A model generated the notes under the pieces. The model was not told the origin of the DNA. It ran no database searches and worked only from the letters and a program-made list of their open reading frames with translations. DNA of 64,000 nucleotides from Paraspadella gotoi. Taxonomy: Eukaryota; Animalia; Chaetognatha. Of this stretch, positions 1 to 13,759 are shown in pieces. The position numbers and the translations under genes are program-made. How positions within the stretch are numbered: position 1 is the first letter of the stretch; each line of letters begins with the position of its first letter. The stretch spans positions 10,069,677-10,133,676 of the forward strand of contig CM119266.1 in the NCBI GenBank assembly GCA_051294375.1, written 5' to 3'.

Positions 1-30
<30 letters not shown>

Positions 31-37
<7 letters not shown>

Positions 38-865
38 CGGAAAGTTCCCCGCAGGGTAAATTGACATGGTGTTGAGCAGAAAGATCAGGACCAACTCTTG
101 TCAGTTTCAGCGAAGAACTGACCCACATTTTGGCAAATATTGTTCGTTGGATGGGAGACGCAAGGATTCGCCCGTTGAGCGTTGATGAGGGAAAAAAAGA
201 AGAAAAGGACAAAAAGAACAAAATAAAAAGCGAAACTAAAATAGAAGCTTTAATTCGTGTCTCTCTTACTTTGTGTTATTCTAAACATTCGAATTTTATA
301 TAAATATTATTTTAACTTGTACCATCAAAAGTATCTTTATCTTCTGCCATTTTATTTTTCTTTTACGTTTATGAATAATTAAAAAAACTCGCCGCGTCCG
401 ATTTAAAAGTTTCTTTTAGTTATTATTATTATTATTTTATTATATTCTTACAGTAGTCTCGCTCTGCATAATTTCGTGTAGCTCGGTATATCTCAGTACT
501 CTACTGCTCCGTTTAATTTAATGTTTGATCGTAAAAATAGCTTAGGGACAAAGACAAAAACAAATCCAGGAAACACATTTCTTCCCCTCCAAATTTCGAT
601 TTAAATGTTTCTCCCTTCAACTACGGAAAAGACGAAACTTCCCTCCAACGAAATTTTTATGTTCTTCTCCTTCGAATCTCATTTTTCACTGTGAATCCCG
701 ACGCGAGACTCGTTTCCATGACAACCGGAGAAGAATCGTTACGACGATAACGATATCAACAAAAGCTANNNNNNNNNNNNNNNNNNNNNNNNNGGGAGAG
801 AAAAAGGGGGGCCGAAAAAACCAAAACGAACAAAATCAATATGAAGAAAGTGAGAGAGGAAGAAG

Positions 866-904
<39 letters not shown>

Positions 905-905
905 T

Positions 906-994
<89 letters not shown>

Positions 995-2870
995 GAAAAA
1001 AATTACCAAAGGAACAAAAATTCTCTTACGGTCGAACGAAGGAAGAAGAAGAAAAGAAAAAAATAACAAAACAAAAAACAAAAGGAGAAAAGAGTGAAAG
1101 GAAAAAAACTCGTAAAAAAAAACAAAAGACGTCCGAAAAAGAAAAACAAAAGACGTCGATTCGTCGAAGCGAAAGTCTTTTGGAAGATTAATGACAAAAG
1201 ACACAACAACGGAAAAAATGGAAGAAGTTGTCCAAACTTTTTATGTATCAGATGACGGAGGATTTGAAAATTCTAACTTAAAAAATGAATTAATTTTTTA
1301 ATCTTTATTAACATAGTTTTTACGACATTATTGGCTCTAATTACAGTAAATTAATTCTTTTAAAGAGTCTAAAATAGATATATTAAATTTTATTATAATC
1401 AATTATCATTCCCAGATGAATAGAAAATTGATAAATTTAAAAATAACAATTTTTTCCTTTTGGATTAATTTAGTAGCATAATTTTTACGAACTAGGCCTT
1501 TAAGATCGAAATATAATAAAAAAAAAAATATTTTTTCTAAAAAGAAAAATATTCGATAAAAAAATACCTGCCTATAATATAAAATTAATATATCCAGACA
1601 TTTGAGCGTAACGATTATTCTGGAGTCGTGTTATCATTATCCATTCTCTCTGCATTAAATATTTTCCGCGCGAAGATCCTCTTCTTAACTTTAGTCTAAA
1701 TTATTAGGAAACGCGAGAAAATGCGAAAGCAGGAGATTATTGAACGCCACTCTCCTCTAAATCCTCTCTCGTCGTGCCTCAGCTCTCTCCTACCTTCCAG
1801 CGATCTCGAAATTCCAGTTTGTTCCCTAGCCGCATAACATCATCCTAGTCTGATTTCTCTCTGACCTCTCGCGCTCTCGCCGTTCCCTCTCATCTGTCTG
1901 CTTCGGTCCAATCACGTGCTATCCCGTCATCAGAATCCGACGCTCGTCCGCTCGTATAGGCCATCAGCTTCATATAGCTCCTCTCCTCATCATCGGCTTC
2001 CCTTCTTGTCACTCTAGTCTCACCGCAACTGTCTAGGATCCAATCCGGCTCATATTCATCCATCCATGATACGAATCGCTCGCAGTATCTCACTTCGTCT
2101 CCTCTCTCTAATTCATCGTCCTCACCGCTCGTCTCGGAGGACCTTGCAGCATCTCAAGGTGGTCCCTCCCCATCTCCTACGTCTCGGTCTCCCAGCTCAT
2201 CTTCGTCCATCTCTGCTCTGTCGTCTCACTTCGCTACCTCGTCTCTTTATCTCTCAATCATCTCTCTCTCATCTCTCTCCGTCTCGAGAAATCGTACTCG
2301 GAATCTTATCTTCTCGTGTTTTGAGGAGAAAAAAAGATAAGAATGTTGAGAAAATTTCTTCTCTATCATCGTGTTTAATAATAATCAGTAAATCACTCTT
2401 GAGGTGGATCTCGGATTAATTCAATGTTTTTTTTTTGCTATTTTTATGAAAAAATGTTTTTCCTTGTTTTATTTTAATTTTTTACATTTTGTTTTTTATT
2501 TAAAATAAAAACCTACTTGTTTATTTACCAAATTTGGTTATTTTTTTTTTTTTTTTTTTTCGGTTTAAATAAAAAAAACAGAAAACAGAAAAAAAGAAAG
2601 AAAAAGGCAAAAATCGATCTCGCGAGAAAATCAACGACCAGGGTCACCGGAGAGGAACAAAAAACACAAATAAAAGAGAAAAAAAAAATGGAAGGAGAAG
2701 AGAGGAGAGAAGATGAGAGAGGAGATGAGAGAGAGAGAGAGAGGGAGGAGGAGAGGAGAGGAGAGAGAGAGAAGAAGAAAAGAGAGGTTTGGAAGACGCG
2801 CACACCGAACGCTGTAGTATGAGGCGCATAGAGTGTTTATTCTCTGACAGAGATGATTTGAAAGTGGAAC
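31..2870 (+). repeat. Segmental repeat unit, copy A (non-coding)
   Basis: Starts GAGATTTCGGAAAGTTCCCCGCAGGGTAAATTGACATGG. The same sequence restarts at ~6157 and stays collinear through ...GAACGCCA(TC)n and ...AATCAGTAAATCACTCTT(T)GAGGT (2384 vs 8399). Confidence 0.85.
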
Positions 2871-2889
2871 CATGGGTGATAGCAGGAAA

Positions 2890-3646
2890 GTAGAGAGAGA
2901 GAAGATGAAAAATTACCAAGGAACAAAAACTTCTCTTACGGTCGAACGGAAGGAAGAAGAAGAAAAAGAAAAAATAACAAAAACAAAAAGAAAACAAAAA
3001 ACAAAAGGAGAAAAGAGTGGAAATGAAAAAAAAACTCGTAAAAAAAAAAACAAAAGACGTCCGAAAGAAGAAAAAACAAAAGACGTCGGATTCGTCGAAG
3101 CGAAAGTCATTTTGGAAGATTATGACAAAAGACACAACAACGGAAAAAAATGGAACGAAGTTGGTCCAAACTTTTTTTATGTACAGATGACGGAGGATTT
3201 GAAAAATTCTAACTTAAAAAATGAATTAATTTTTTAATCTTTTATTAACATCAGTTTTTACGACATTATTGGCTCTAATTACAGTAAATTTAATTCTTTT
3301 AAAGAGTCTAAATAGATATAATTAAATTTTATATAAATCAATTATCATCCAGATGATTGAAAATGATAAATTAAAAATAACATTTTATCCTTTTGATTAA
3401 TTTAGTAGCATAAGTTTTTACGACTAGGCTTTAGATCGAAATATATAAAAAAATATTTTTTCTAAAAGAAAATATTCGATAAAAATACTTTGCCTATAAT
3501 TATAAAATTAATTATTATCCAGACATTTGAGCGTAACGATTATTCTGAGGTCGTTATCTTCCTCCATCTTCTCTTCATCCGCCGAAGATTCTCTCTTCTT
3601 CTTTAGTCTAAGAAACGCGAAAAATGGCGAAGCGGAGTTAATGAAC

Positions 3647-3683
<37 letters not shown>
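2890..3683 (+). repeat. Segmental repeat unit, partial copy B
   Basis: GAAGATGAAAAATTACCAAGGAACAAAAAC...AATGAACGCCATCTCTC is collinear with 990-1760 and 7295-8160. Confidence 0.85.
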
Positions 3684-3739
3684 NNNNNNNNNNNNNNNNN
3701 NNNNNNNNTATAGTGATAGTGTTACATAGAGATAAATAT

Positions 3740-4070
3740 AATTTTTATTTAGATTGAGAACATAGATGGTTTTGTTCGTGACAAGTTCAAATACAAATTG
3801 ATCGCGATGGAAGCGCGCACGGATATTAGAAAGGTCGCTCGTGAAATTTAAAATCTGGATTTTTTGAGACTCCGGGTCCCATCTTATGTTCACGTGAAAC
3901 ATTCGGTTGTCGTCGAGCGATGGCCGTTAAATCTGCGCGCTAGGAAAATATAAAAAAAAATATTTCGTAGCTCAGGGCTGTGGAAAAAGATCGGTCAGGC
4001 ACGCAGGCTCACCGGCCGATTAGCTTTACTTTATCATGAGGGTCCCAATAATCATTTTAAATCTGCGGGA
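3740..4070 (-). CDS. Possible coding exon fragments of an unidentified gene
   Basis: Minus-strand non-repetitive peptide NDYWDPHDKVKLIGR, a GTGAG donor, a TTTTCCTAG acceptor in compatible phase, then AQI*RPSLDDNRMFHVNIRWDPESQKIQILNFTSDLSNIRARFHRDQFVFELVTNKTIYVLNL. In-frame stops are present and no family is recognised. Confidence 0.25.
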
Positions 4071-6156
4071 GCGGTGGAGCATGTTCGTGAGGCCCAAGAA
4101 GAAAACCCCGGTAATGTGCTAATGAAAATAGGGCGGGGGTGGGGGTGGATGGCGCGACGGGGACCTGGGGCGGTGATTATCTAAACCTTTTAATCAGCCG
4201 ATCCTCGTTCGATTGCCCGGATTTTAAAAATGGGCGGCGACTGACCTTCGTTGAGAGAGCAGAGAGAGAGATTGGAGGAGACGAGAGACGAGAGAGAGAA
4301 GGAGAGTCGAGGGATGAGGAGGATGGATCGAGAGAGAGGAGAGAGGGAGAGAGGATGCGAGGAGAGGATGTGAGAGGAGAAACGACAAGTAGGCTAGACG
4401 GAGAGGCCTGTCTGAATGAAATTGGTATCATCTGTTCCAAGGTTTGGGGAGACGTGAATGAATGAACATGCACAAATAAATAATAAAATGAATAAATCGA
4501 TGAATAAATGAACAATGAATGACTATATATGATCTAAATGAATGAATGATATGAATGATATGAATGATACAAAAAATGAATGAAAATGAATATGGTGAAT
4601 GATGACAATGAGCATGATTGAAATGATACAATATGTGGTTTTCTCTTCTTTAGTACTATTACCCAGTACACCTTACAGGAGTCATGTGAACTTTTTGAAC
4701 AAATAATAATTTAATAATTATGAAAATATGAATTTAAATAAAAAGAGGAAGGAAAAATTTAATTTAGAAAAAAATAAATATTCTGTTTGAAAAAAGAAAT
4801 GGAACTGAAACAAGTTAATTTTTAATGAGACACATCGGTTTCTGACGAATATGAACAGAGAAAGAGGGACACCGCCCCCTTTTTGTTTTCCTTTTTTTTT
4901 TATTCCTTATTTTTTCCCCCTAATTTTCATTAGTTTCTCTTCGCGAAAGAAAATTGCAAGAATCGATAATGAGCAACGACGCAGGGGGAAAGATGAGAAC
5001 ATGGTGAGCGGAAGGAGAAAGGAAAAAAGGAACGAAAAAAGGTGAGGACGAAAGGAGGAAGGAAGCGGAGGGCAAAGGAGGGGAAAAGAAGGAAGAGAAG
5101 GGCTGGAAAAAAAAAAGGGGAAGTTAAGCAGACTGCGGTGTTCAAATATAAAGAATTGGAGAAAAGAAAAAGAAGAGAAAAAGTGATAGGAAGACTTGAG
5201 AAGATTAGATCAAAGATGAGAAAAAGGGATAAGATTGGCAGCCTGATGAGAAGAAGAGAAAGCCATTGTGAGAGAAACTAGGAAAATAGAAAGAGGATTA
5301 TTGGAAAAGGAGAAAAGATATATGTAGAGAGAGAGGTAAGGAAATGGAAAGCAGCGAAGAAAAAAAAAAAAGAAAAAAAGACAAGAAAAGAAAAAAAAGG
5401 ACGCCAGAAGTGTAACCAAAGATTTTACAAATAGGCGAGGAAGAGAGCAGGCGCCTCTGGACTTTTACGCGATTTGGCTCCGAAACGAAAGCACATTCCG
5501 CCCGGAAGTACAGGAGAAAGAGAGAGAGAGGAGAGGAGATGAGAGAAGAAGACGAGATGACTGAGAGACTAGGAGATCTGACTGATGAGAGAGGGCTAAC
5601 GTCGTGAGCGACGAGCGAGAGGATCACGAGGAGGAGGAAGGAGGAGAGAGAGAGCAGAGACTGAGGGACGACAGGACCCAAAACGTACGTAAATGGCCAA
5701 AGAAAAAATACATAACAAATGAAGGGAATAATCATGCGGAAGAAACGAGAATTTGTTACGGCAGCGAATAGTTAATGCGTCGATTGCAGCATCACGAGGA
5801 AATTTTCAACGCCACAAAGGGCCATCTCGCTTAATCGCTTTCGAGCCATCGGAGTTGCAAAACAAAATAGACGAGCAGAGAGAGAGGAGAGGACGAGAGA
5901 GAGAGAGAGGAGGAGAAGGCAGGAGAGAAAGAGATGGAGAGAGGAGAGCGAGGAGAGAGAGACGAGAGAGAATAAGTTAAAAAAAAGGGAGGCGTAGGAA
6001 GGAGAAGAGATAAATTGAATACAGCCGCGGGAAAGGTTCGAATAAAGGCAAAGAGAGAAAGAGAAAGATGAGAGACGAGATAGTAGACGAGTGAGATCGT
6101 GATGGAGAGTAGAAGGAGAGAGAGGACCGAGAGAGAGAGAGGAGAGGAAGAGATGG

Positions 6157-8230
6157 AGATTTCGCGAAGTTCCCCGCAGCGGTAAATTGACATGGTGTTG
6201 CCAGCAGAAAGATCAGGCACAACTCTTTGTCACGTTCTCAGCGAAGAACTGACCCCAAACATTTTTGGCACAATATTGCTTCGTTGGATGGGAGACGCTC
6301 AAGCGATTCGCCCGTTTGGCCAGCTGTTGATGAGCGGAACAAAAGAAGAAAAAAAGACAAGCAAAAAAAAAAAAAGAAAAAAAGGGACAAATAAGAACAA
6401 AATAAAAAAGTCGAAAACTAAATTAGTCAAGCTTTTAATTTTCGTGGTCTCTCTTACTTTGTAATGTTATTTCTAAACATGCGAATTTCTACTTATAACA
6501 CTATCTATTTTAATATATACCTTATAACTTATACCATCAAAAGTATCTTTATCTGTTTGCCACTCTCTCTATTTGTCTTTTACGTTTTATGAAATAATTA
6601 ACAAATAACTCGCCGCGTCCCGATTAAAAGTTTTCTTTTAGTTATCCTACAATTATTATTTTATCTATATTCTTACAGTAGTCTCGCTCTGTCCATAATT
6701 TAGTGCCAGCTCGTTATTATTTTCAGAACTCTACATGCTCCGTTTAGTTTAATGTTTGATTCGTTAAAAATAGTCTGAAGCACGAAAAAAGAAAAAAACA
6801 TAATTCATCCGGCCACACATTTTCCTCCGCCCTCCACAATTCTTAGACTTTAAATGTTTCTCCACTTCAACTACTGGAAAATGTCTAACTCCCTCCAACG
6901 AAATTTTTTCTGTTCTTCTTCCTCTCGCAATTATCATTTTTCACCGTGAATCCCGGACGCCGAGACTCGTTTCGTCACTCGACAACCGGAGCAATAGGAA
7001 TCGTTACCGACCTCACGAATAGACGTATACTCAACAAAAAGCTATAGAGAGAAAAGGGCGCGCGAAGAAATACCAAACAATAGCTCAATTATGATAACTA
7101 ATAGAGACGGGCAGATTCGACCACGCCGCTGCAGAGAGCGAGAGATCTAGGAGCGGTAGGGCATCTCACGAGCATAATATCTCTGCCGACGTCCCAGATG
7201 ACCGGCTCCGACTGATGAGAGACGAGACTTAGAGAGCAGAACTAGACGAGAGAGAGAGGACCGGAAGAGAGAGATGAGAGAGAGAGACAGAGAGAGAGAG
7301 ATGAAATAACTTACCAATGAACAAAACGTTCTCTGTACGGCATCGCAACGTCGAAGAAGAATGAAGAAATAAGCACAAAAATACAAAAACAAAAGAAAAA
7401 CAAAAAACAAAAGGAGAAGAAGAGTGGGGAAATGAAAAAAAACTCGGTACAAAAACATACAAAAAACAAAAGACGTCCAGAAAGTACAGAAAAAACAAAA
7501 GACCGTCGGACTTCCGTCGAGCGAAAGTCATTTTTGGAAGACTTATGACAAAATGACACACACAACGGAAAAAATTGGAACGAAGTTGGGTCCTAACTTT
7601 TTTTTATCGTACAGTATGACGCGAGGTTTGAATAAATTTCTAACTTAATAAAATGAATTAATTTTTTAGTCTTTTATTAGCGTCAGTTTTTACGGCTATT
7701 ATTGGCTTCTAATCTACATTTAAATTTAATCTTTAAAGCAGTCTATATAGATTATAATTAAATTTTTATATTTAATTTTATATAATTATCAATTATCATC
7801 CAGATTGATTGAAAATTGGATAAATTAAACAGATAACATTTTATCCTTTGACATTAAATCTGAGTAGCATAAACGTTTTTTCACGGACTAGGCTTAGATC
7901 CGAATATATATAAAAAATATTTTCTTTCTAAAAGAACAAATATTCGATAACACAATTACCTATGTGGTCCCTAGATAATTATTAAAATTATTATCCTATG
8001 CCAGACATTTTGAGCTCTAACGATTATCCTGAGGGTCGTTATCTTTCCTCCATTCTTCTCTTTCATGCCGCCGAAGCATTCTCTTCCTTCTTCTTTTAAT
8101 GTCTAGAAACGCGGATAAAAATGGCCCGAACTGAGTTTAATGAAAGCGCCACTTCTCCTCTCCTTCATCTCTTCGTCTCTCTCTCTCTCTCTCTTCTCTC
8201 TCTCCTCTCTCTCGTCTCTCTCTCTCTTTC

Positions 8231-8298
<68 letters not shown>

Positions 8299-8800
8299 TC
8301 TCTCCTCTCACTCTCTTTCTCTCTCTCCTTCTCTGTTTCTGAGGTAGACAAAAAAGTATAATGAAGTGAGAGAATTTTTTCTTTCTCTCATCGTATTAAA
8401 TCAGTAAATCACTCTTTGAGGTCGGCCATCTCCGGCCATCTATTTCAATGTTTTTTTTGCGCCTGATTGCTTTTTATGAAAAATGTCTTTTCCTTGTTTA
8501 TTACATTTTTGTTCTTTACTCTGATTTATTTTACATTTGTTTATTTTTTTTCGCTTCTCCGCCCTTAAACAAAAAATCAGGATTCGCGAGAAACGTACCA
8601 AGATGAAGAAAAAACAAATAAAGGAACTGAAAAATACATGAGAGCGAGAGAGATTCGAGAGAGAGACACGAGACGAGCACCCGCACGAGACCGAGAGATT
8701 GCAAGAGATGGAGAGAGCAGATGAGCAGATGCACCGCAGAGAGAGAGAGAGAGATGAGAGTGAAGACACGCTGATGTTTCTGACTACGGACAATTGAAAG
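6157..8800 (+). repeat. Segmental repeat unit, copy C
   Basis: Collinear with copy A, but with many single-base insertions typical of unpolished long-read sequence. Confidence 0.85.
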
Positions 8801-9410
8801 AAAACATCTCTTTGGTTGCCATTTTTTTTTTTTCGTCATTAACTTCGCCAACTCCAATTTTTCGTTTTGTTTGGTATTTTTTTTTCTCCAAAAGCAGACG
8901 CCAATGCGATGGCAGCGCAAATCGTCGAAAAAGGTCGACGCTTTTTGCTAGAAGATCGCGGCCTTGGGTCTTTGGCGGCCGTTTGATGGAAAAATGCAAT
9001 TTTCAAAGAGAAAATGAATTTGTGAGAAAAAGAGGGAAGAAGGAACAGCGTTTATCTTATTGTTATATTAAGGGAATTTCTTTTTCTTTAACCCAAATTT
9101 TTCATTGCATTCTTGATCTCGAGTTTTTCTTCAAACTTTCGCCTCAAAATATTGGGAGAAAAAAAATCGCGTTTTTTGCATCTGCTGAGGAATTCGCGAA
9201 AACTTTTTTATTAAATTAAAGAATAGAGAAATAACAGAAATCTACGGAGTAAAGTGTATAAAAAATAGTGAGAACAATATAATAAAAAATCTCGTTTAAA
9301 GAATGCAATAAACCATAAACATTAAAAAAGTTCACATCGAACAAAACAAAATTTGCATGTAAAAACAATTTTTTTTAAATTTTTTTTTAAATGGGGAAGA
9401 AAAAGAGGCG

Positions 9411-9553
9411 AAAAAGGATACCTTACGCTTAGCCCCCCAAAAATTGGGGAAGAAAAAGATTTGAAAAAAGTATACCTTAGGCTTGGCCCCCCAAAAATGA
9501 TAGCTTAGGCTTAGCCCCCCCAAAAAGATACCTTAGGCTTAGCCCCCCAAAAA
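9411..9553 (+). repeat. Short minisatellite, 4 copies of a GATACCTTAGGCTTAGCCCCCCAAAA-like core
   Basis: Cores at ~9417, ~9470, ~9499 and ~9527, read directly from the sequence. Confidence 0.75.
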
Positions 9554-10234
9554 AGCCCAAAAAATTTATATTTTTTTTAAAAAATGCGAATCCGAACGAA
9601 AGATCTCCGAAGGGTAGGTTATTGTAAGTAATCTCATCATATTTTAATTTCTACGCAGTTCGGAATTTTCTTAACGGCGTCAAAATATCGTTGGTTTTTC
9701 TTCTTTTTTTTTGGAAAATATTTCTTCTTTTTTTAGCTTTGGTTTTTTTTGTTTCCACGAGATTTTTATTGTTGTTTTTTTCACANNNNNNNNNNNNNNN
9801 NNNNNNNNNNNNNNNNNNNNNNNNNNNNNNNNNNNNNNNNNNNNNNNNNNNNNNNNNNNNNNNNNNNNNNNNNNNNNNNNNNNNNNNNNNNNNNNNNNNN
9901 NNNNNNNNNNNNNNNNNNNNNNNNNNNNNNNNNNNNNNNNNNNNNNNNNNNNNNNNNNNNNNNNNNNNNNNNNNNNNNNNNNNNNNNNNNNNNNNNNNNN
10001 NNNNNNNNNNNNNNNNNNNNNNNNNNNNNNNNNNNNAAGTTTTGATTCACTGTGGCAACTCTCATCTCTCTCTGTTCTCCCCCTCTCTTTCACGGTCTCC
10101 GGGTTAAAACCGTTCCAGCAATTGAGTTTCGTTTGACAGGAGAGAGAAAAAAATAAAAGCGAGGAAAAACCGTCAGGAAAAAATAAGAGAGAGAGTCAAG
10201 AAAACAAGAAAAGTTATAATGATTTCTGTCTGTC

Positions 10235-10278
<44 letters not shown>

Positions 10279-12370
10279 TAATGACATAAGTGAATCGTCT
10301 GTTTACTCTTTGTTTAGCGACTGTGCCGAACGAGAACAGCCCTGGAATCGCCAGGCTCACACTTTCNNNNNNNNNNNNNNNNNNNNNNNNNNNNNNNNNN
10401 NNNNNNNNNNNNNNNNNNNNNNNNNNNNNNNNNNNNNNNNNNNNNNNNNNNNNNNNNNNNNNNNNNNNNNNNNNNNNNNNNNNNNNNNNNNNNNNNNNNN
10501 NNNNNNNNNNNNNNNNNNNNNNNNNNNNNNNNNNNNNNNNNNNNNNNNNNNNNNNNNNNNNNNNNNNNNNNNNNNNNNNNNNNNNNNNNNNNNNNNNNNN
10601 NNNNNNNNNNNNNNNNNNNNNNGCGAGGGAGTCGAATGCTGTGACGCCTTTTTTTCTGGAAATGCAGAAAAAGGTCATGTTTACTCAGCAGATAATAATC
10701 GTTTCTTTTCGACAGTTGCAGCCAAAAAAGAAAAAAAGAAACAAACTAGCAAATGGGGCTCGAAAACGATTTCCACTCCTATGACCCCATTTTTTAGCGA
10801 AAATTAAATTTTGTTGTTAAAAAAAAAAAAAATTAGAGCAAAAGAAAAACAAGTTCTTCGTTGGAATAAATTCGATTATTTCGAAGCGAAATTTTTTGTT
10901 TTGTTTCTCTTAAGGGGACGATCGAAAAAATTTAAGGGGAGAAAAATTTAGTTTTTCTTTCAAGTTTACTATTCATAATTTTTTAAAAAATTTCATTATT
11001 TTTGCGAAGCTTTCTCGCTCGCTCTCTTTGTCTTCCGCCATCCTGATATTAGGTACTCTGCCCACTCCCTCTCTCCATTTTCTTTTAATTTCTTTCAACC
11101 ACAATCTCTTTCTCCCAGCCTCCTTTCTATTTTCTCCTTCGAGCAGAACTGTCTGCTGCATTCTTTCTCTCTCTCTCTCTCTCTCTCTCTCNNNNNNNNN
11201 NNNNNNNNNNNNNNNNNNNNNNNNNNNNNNNNNNNNNNNNNNNNNNNNNNNNNNNNNNNNNNNNNNNNNNNNNNNNNNNNNNNNNNNNNNNNNNNNNNNN
11301 NNNNNNNNNNNNNNNNNNNNNNNNNNNNNNNNNNNNNNNNNNNNNNNNNNNNNNNNNNNNNNNNNNNNNNNNNCTCTTCCCCTCTGGATTCCCCGGGCCA
11401 CTAGTAATTCATGGGCAATTTGGCCATTACGCCGGGTGCATTCGAATAATTACGGGTCTATTACATCCGGTTTTTCCGAGCGGGAACCCGTCGCACACGG
11501 AGTTTCCTCTGTTCAGACTGGATTACATCCGGGGACGCAATATGTTAACGAACGGTGAACGTTGAATGATTGTGAAATTGTGAATTGTATGGATTAGGTG
11601 AAATGTGATCGAATAATTATATGTGAATTCGATTGGTAATTCGCTGAAAAGAACGAGAAGGTCATAAAAANNNNNNNNNNNNNNNNNNNNNNNNNNNNNN
11701 NNNNNNNNNNNNNNNNNNNNNNNNNNNNNNNNNNNNNNNNNNNNNNNNNNNNNNNNNNNNNNNNNNNNNNNNNGGCTCGTCAAATGCGGCGAGAAAACTA
11801 ACATTAAATGAAAAGTTTTTTGTTCAAATATTAACGTCAAGTGACATAATTTTATGAATGAATGGACTGAAGCAAAAAAGTTTAATGAAAGAAGGAATTA
11901 ATTAAGAATGGAGAAAGAATCGATTAAAGGAAAGAATAAAAAGGTAGAAAAAAGAAGATTAACGAAAAAACTATGAAACGAATAGTAAAAAAAATCTTAA
12001 AAGNNNNNNNNNNTTTTTTGTTCAATTGAAATAAGACTGAAGTCTTTTTTTGTTCATCTAGTTCAAAATGAGGTTGAAAACCTTATTTTTTTGCATATTA
12101 TTGAAAATGAATGAGATTGATATTGATTGTATGAAATGAAAACTCGTCGCTATAAAGCTAAACTATTTTCAATAAGAACGGTCAAAAAATTATAATCTCT
12201 ATTAACAAAATATATAGTTGAAAATAATCAGTTAACGACTATGATATTTTTGACTTCCAAATATTTTTTTTACTTATTCAAATAAATTTTATTTCCTCAT
12301 CTTAAAAAATTTTAATCTTGAATGACATTTTAGATTGTTATATTTTTTATATTATATATTATTTATATCA

Positions 12371-12400
12371 ATCCGCGCAATTGCCGGATATATAGCAGGT
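12371..12400 (+). mobile_element. Possible Helitron 3' terminus (GC hairpin followed by a degenerate CTRR end)
   Basis: ATCCGCGCAATTGCCGGAT is one base short of a perfect palindrome. It is followed by ATATAGCAGGT (canonical would be ...CTAG|T) and preceded by a long AT-rich tract. Confidence 0.3.
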
Positions 12401-12595
12401 ATTGCCTACCTGTCACACAAGTTGATGTACATGTGATATTGCCTGCATTATAAGTTATTCTTCCCTTTTTCTATAATGAATCCACGAAAATCTCGGATGT
12501 AAATTTGGGATTTTGTATTGAGAAAAAAAATGGCGATAATAAGTTTTTAGAAGGAAAGAAATAATAAAAATTTTTCAAAAAACGAACGATTGTAC

Positions 12596-12640
<45 letters not shown>

Positions 12641-13279
12641 GAGAAACAAAGCTGGACAGCTGCTGGAAGGCCGCTGTACAGTCACTGCAGAGCAGGAACT
12701 CGTTGCAGAAAAAGAAAAAAAATATATATATATATATATAATTTAAAGAAATAAAAGAAAGGCAAAAATATGTTACAATTGTTTACAATTGGAAATTTTT
12801 CCAATTTTTTCCAATCGCAGCTTGTAAAAGATTTTATTTTTATTTGTATTAAAATTAAGATATAGCTTCTCATTAAAAAGTTCCTTTGAGTTCCCATTTT
12901 TATTATAGATTTGATATCTTCAATATTATATACTGCAATATGTAAATTAGATTAAAGCATTTCTATATACTAATTTTGATACTATAATGAGTACTATAAT
13001 CTTATTTTCATATTGCAGTAAATCAAAATGAAGTGGAAATTCAAACAAAAAATACTTAAATCCAAATGTAATAAGAAAATATCAGAGCTATTTCAAGATG
13101 AGAAGCCATATCTAAATTTTTAACTTACTATGATCACACACTTTTATAAAACTTCATCGTAATTAATAATAATTTTTATTTAAAAAAAAACTATAAAAGC
13201 GTAGTAGTTTTTATACAAAAAAGCGTGACGCCGACGACCACGACGACGACGACGTCACAAAGAAGCTGACCCGAATCAA

Positions 13280-13318
13280 TATCGAGCCTGAACCGGCTTC
13301 GCCGGTCATGGCTCGATA
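13280..13318. other. Near-perfect GC-rich hairpin upstream of the kinase-RNase locus
   Basis: TATCGAGCC-TGA-ACCGGC-TTC-GCCGGT-CA-T-GGCTCGATA; the arms are complementary around a TTC loop. Confidence 0.7.
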
Positions 13319-13759
13319 AAAATCCGAAATTTAAAAAAACGGTAAACAAGATTCCGAAATCTTTTTGTTTACTCGATTTTTTAAGAGATTTAAACTCAGC
13401 GAAATTGCTCACGACTCCGATAAAATCCTGTCAGAGCAGCTGAGATAATTGTTGAGTCAACAAACAGGTTTTTTGAAAAAAAAGAAAATTGGAATCTTCG
13501 ACTTTTTATCTTAATGATATTTCAAGGGGCGTTTTTTACAGAATCCTTGCATTGTTTAACTTGAAAAAAACTTTTTTTAAAAGAAAAACCGGCATTTACT
13601 AAAAATACTAAAATTTTAAGGACTGCAATGACAATTTTTTTTTTCTGTAATCTTTCCTCGACGCAGTAATTATCTTAGTAATTTACTAATAAGTGTCATT
13701 GTCATTGACCGAATTTGACATAACCCGAAGATGCCGCGAGAACAGTTCTACACTGATGG

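Noticed and set aside
3965-3990. GTAGCTCAG tRNA A-box-like motif
   Set aside because: No B box or cloverleaf follows.
836-8361. Numerous SLSLSL / RERERE / Phe- or Lys-rich ORFs here and throughout the window
   Set aside because: Translations of (AG)n/(CT)n microsatellites and A/T runs.
9680-11840. Long ORFs spanning N runs (also 37.6-40.9 kb, 52.5 kb, 61.2-63.5 kb)
   Set aside because: They are open only because N gaps contain no stop codons.
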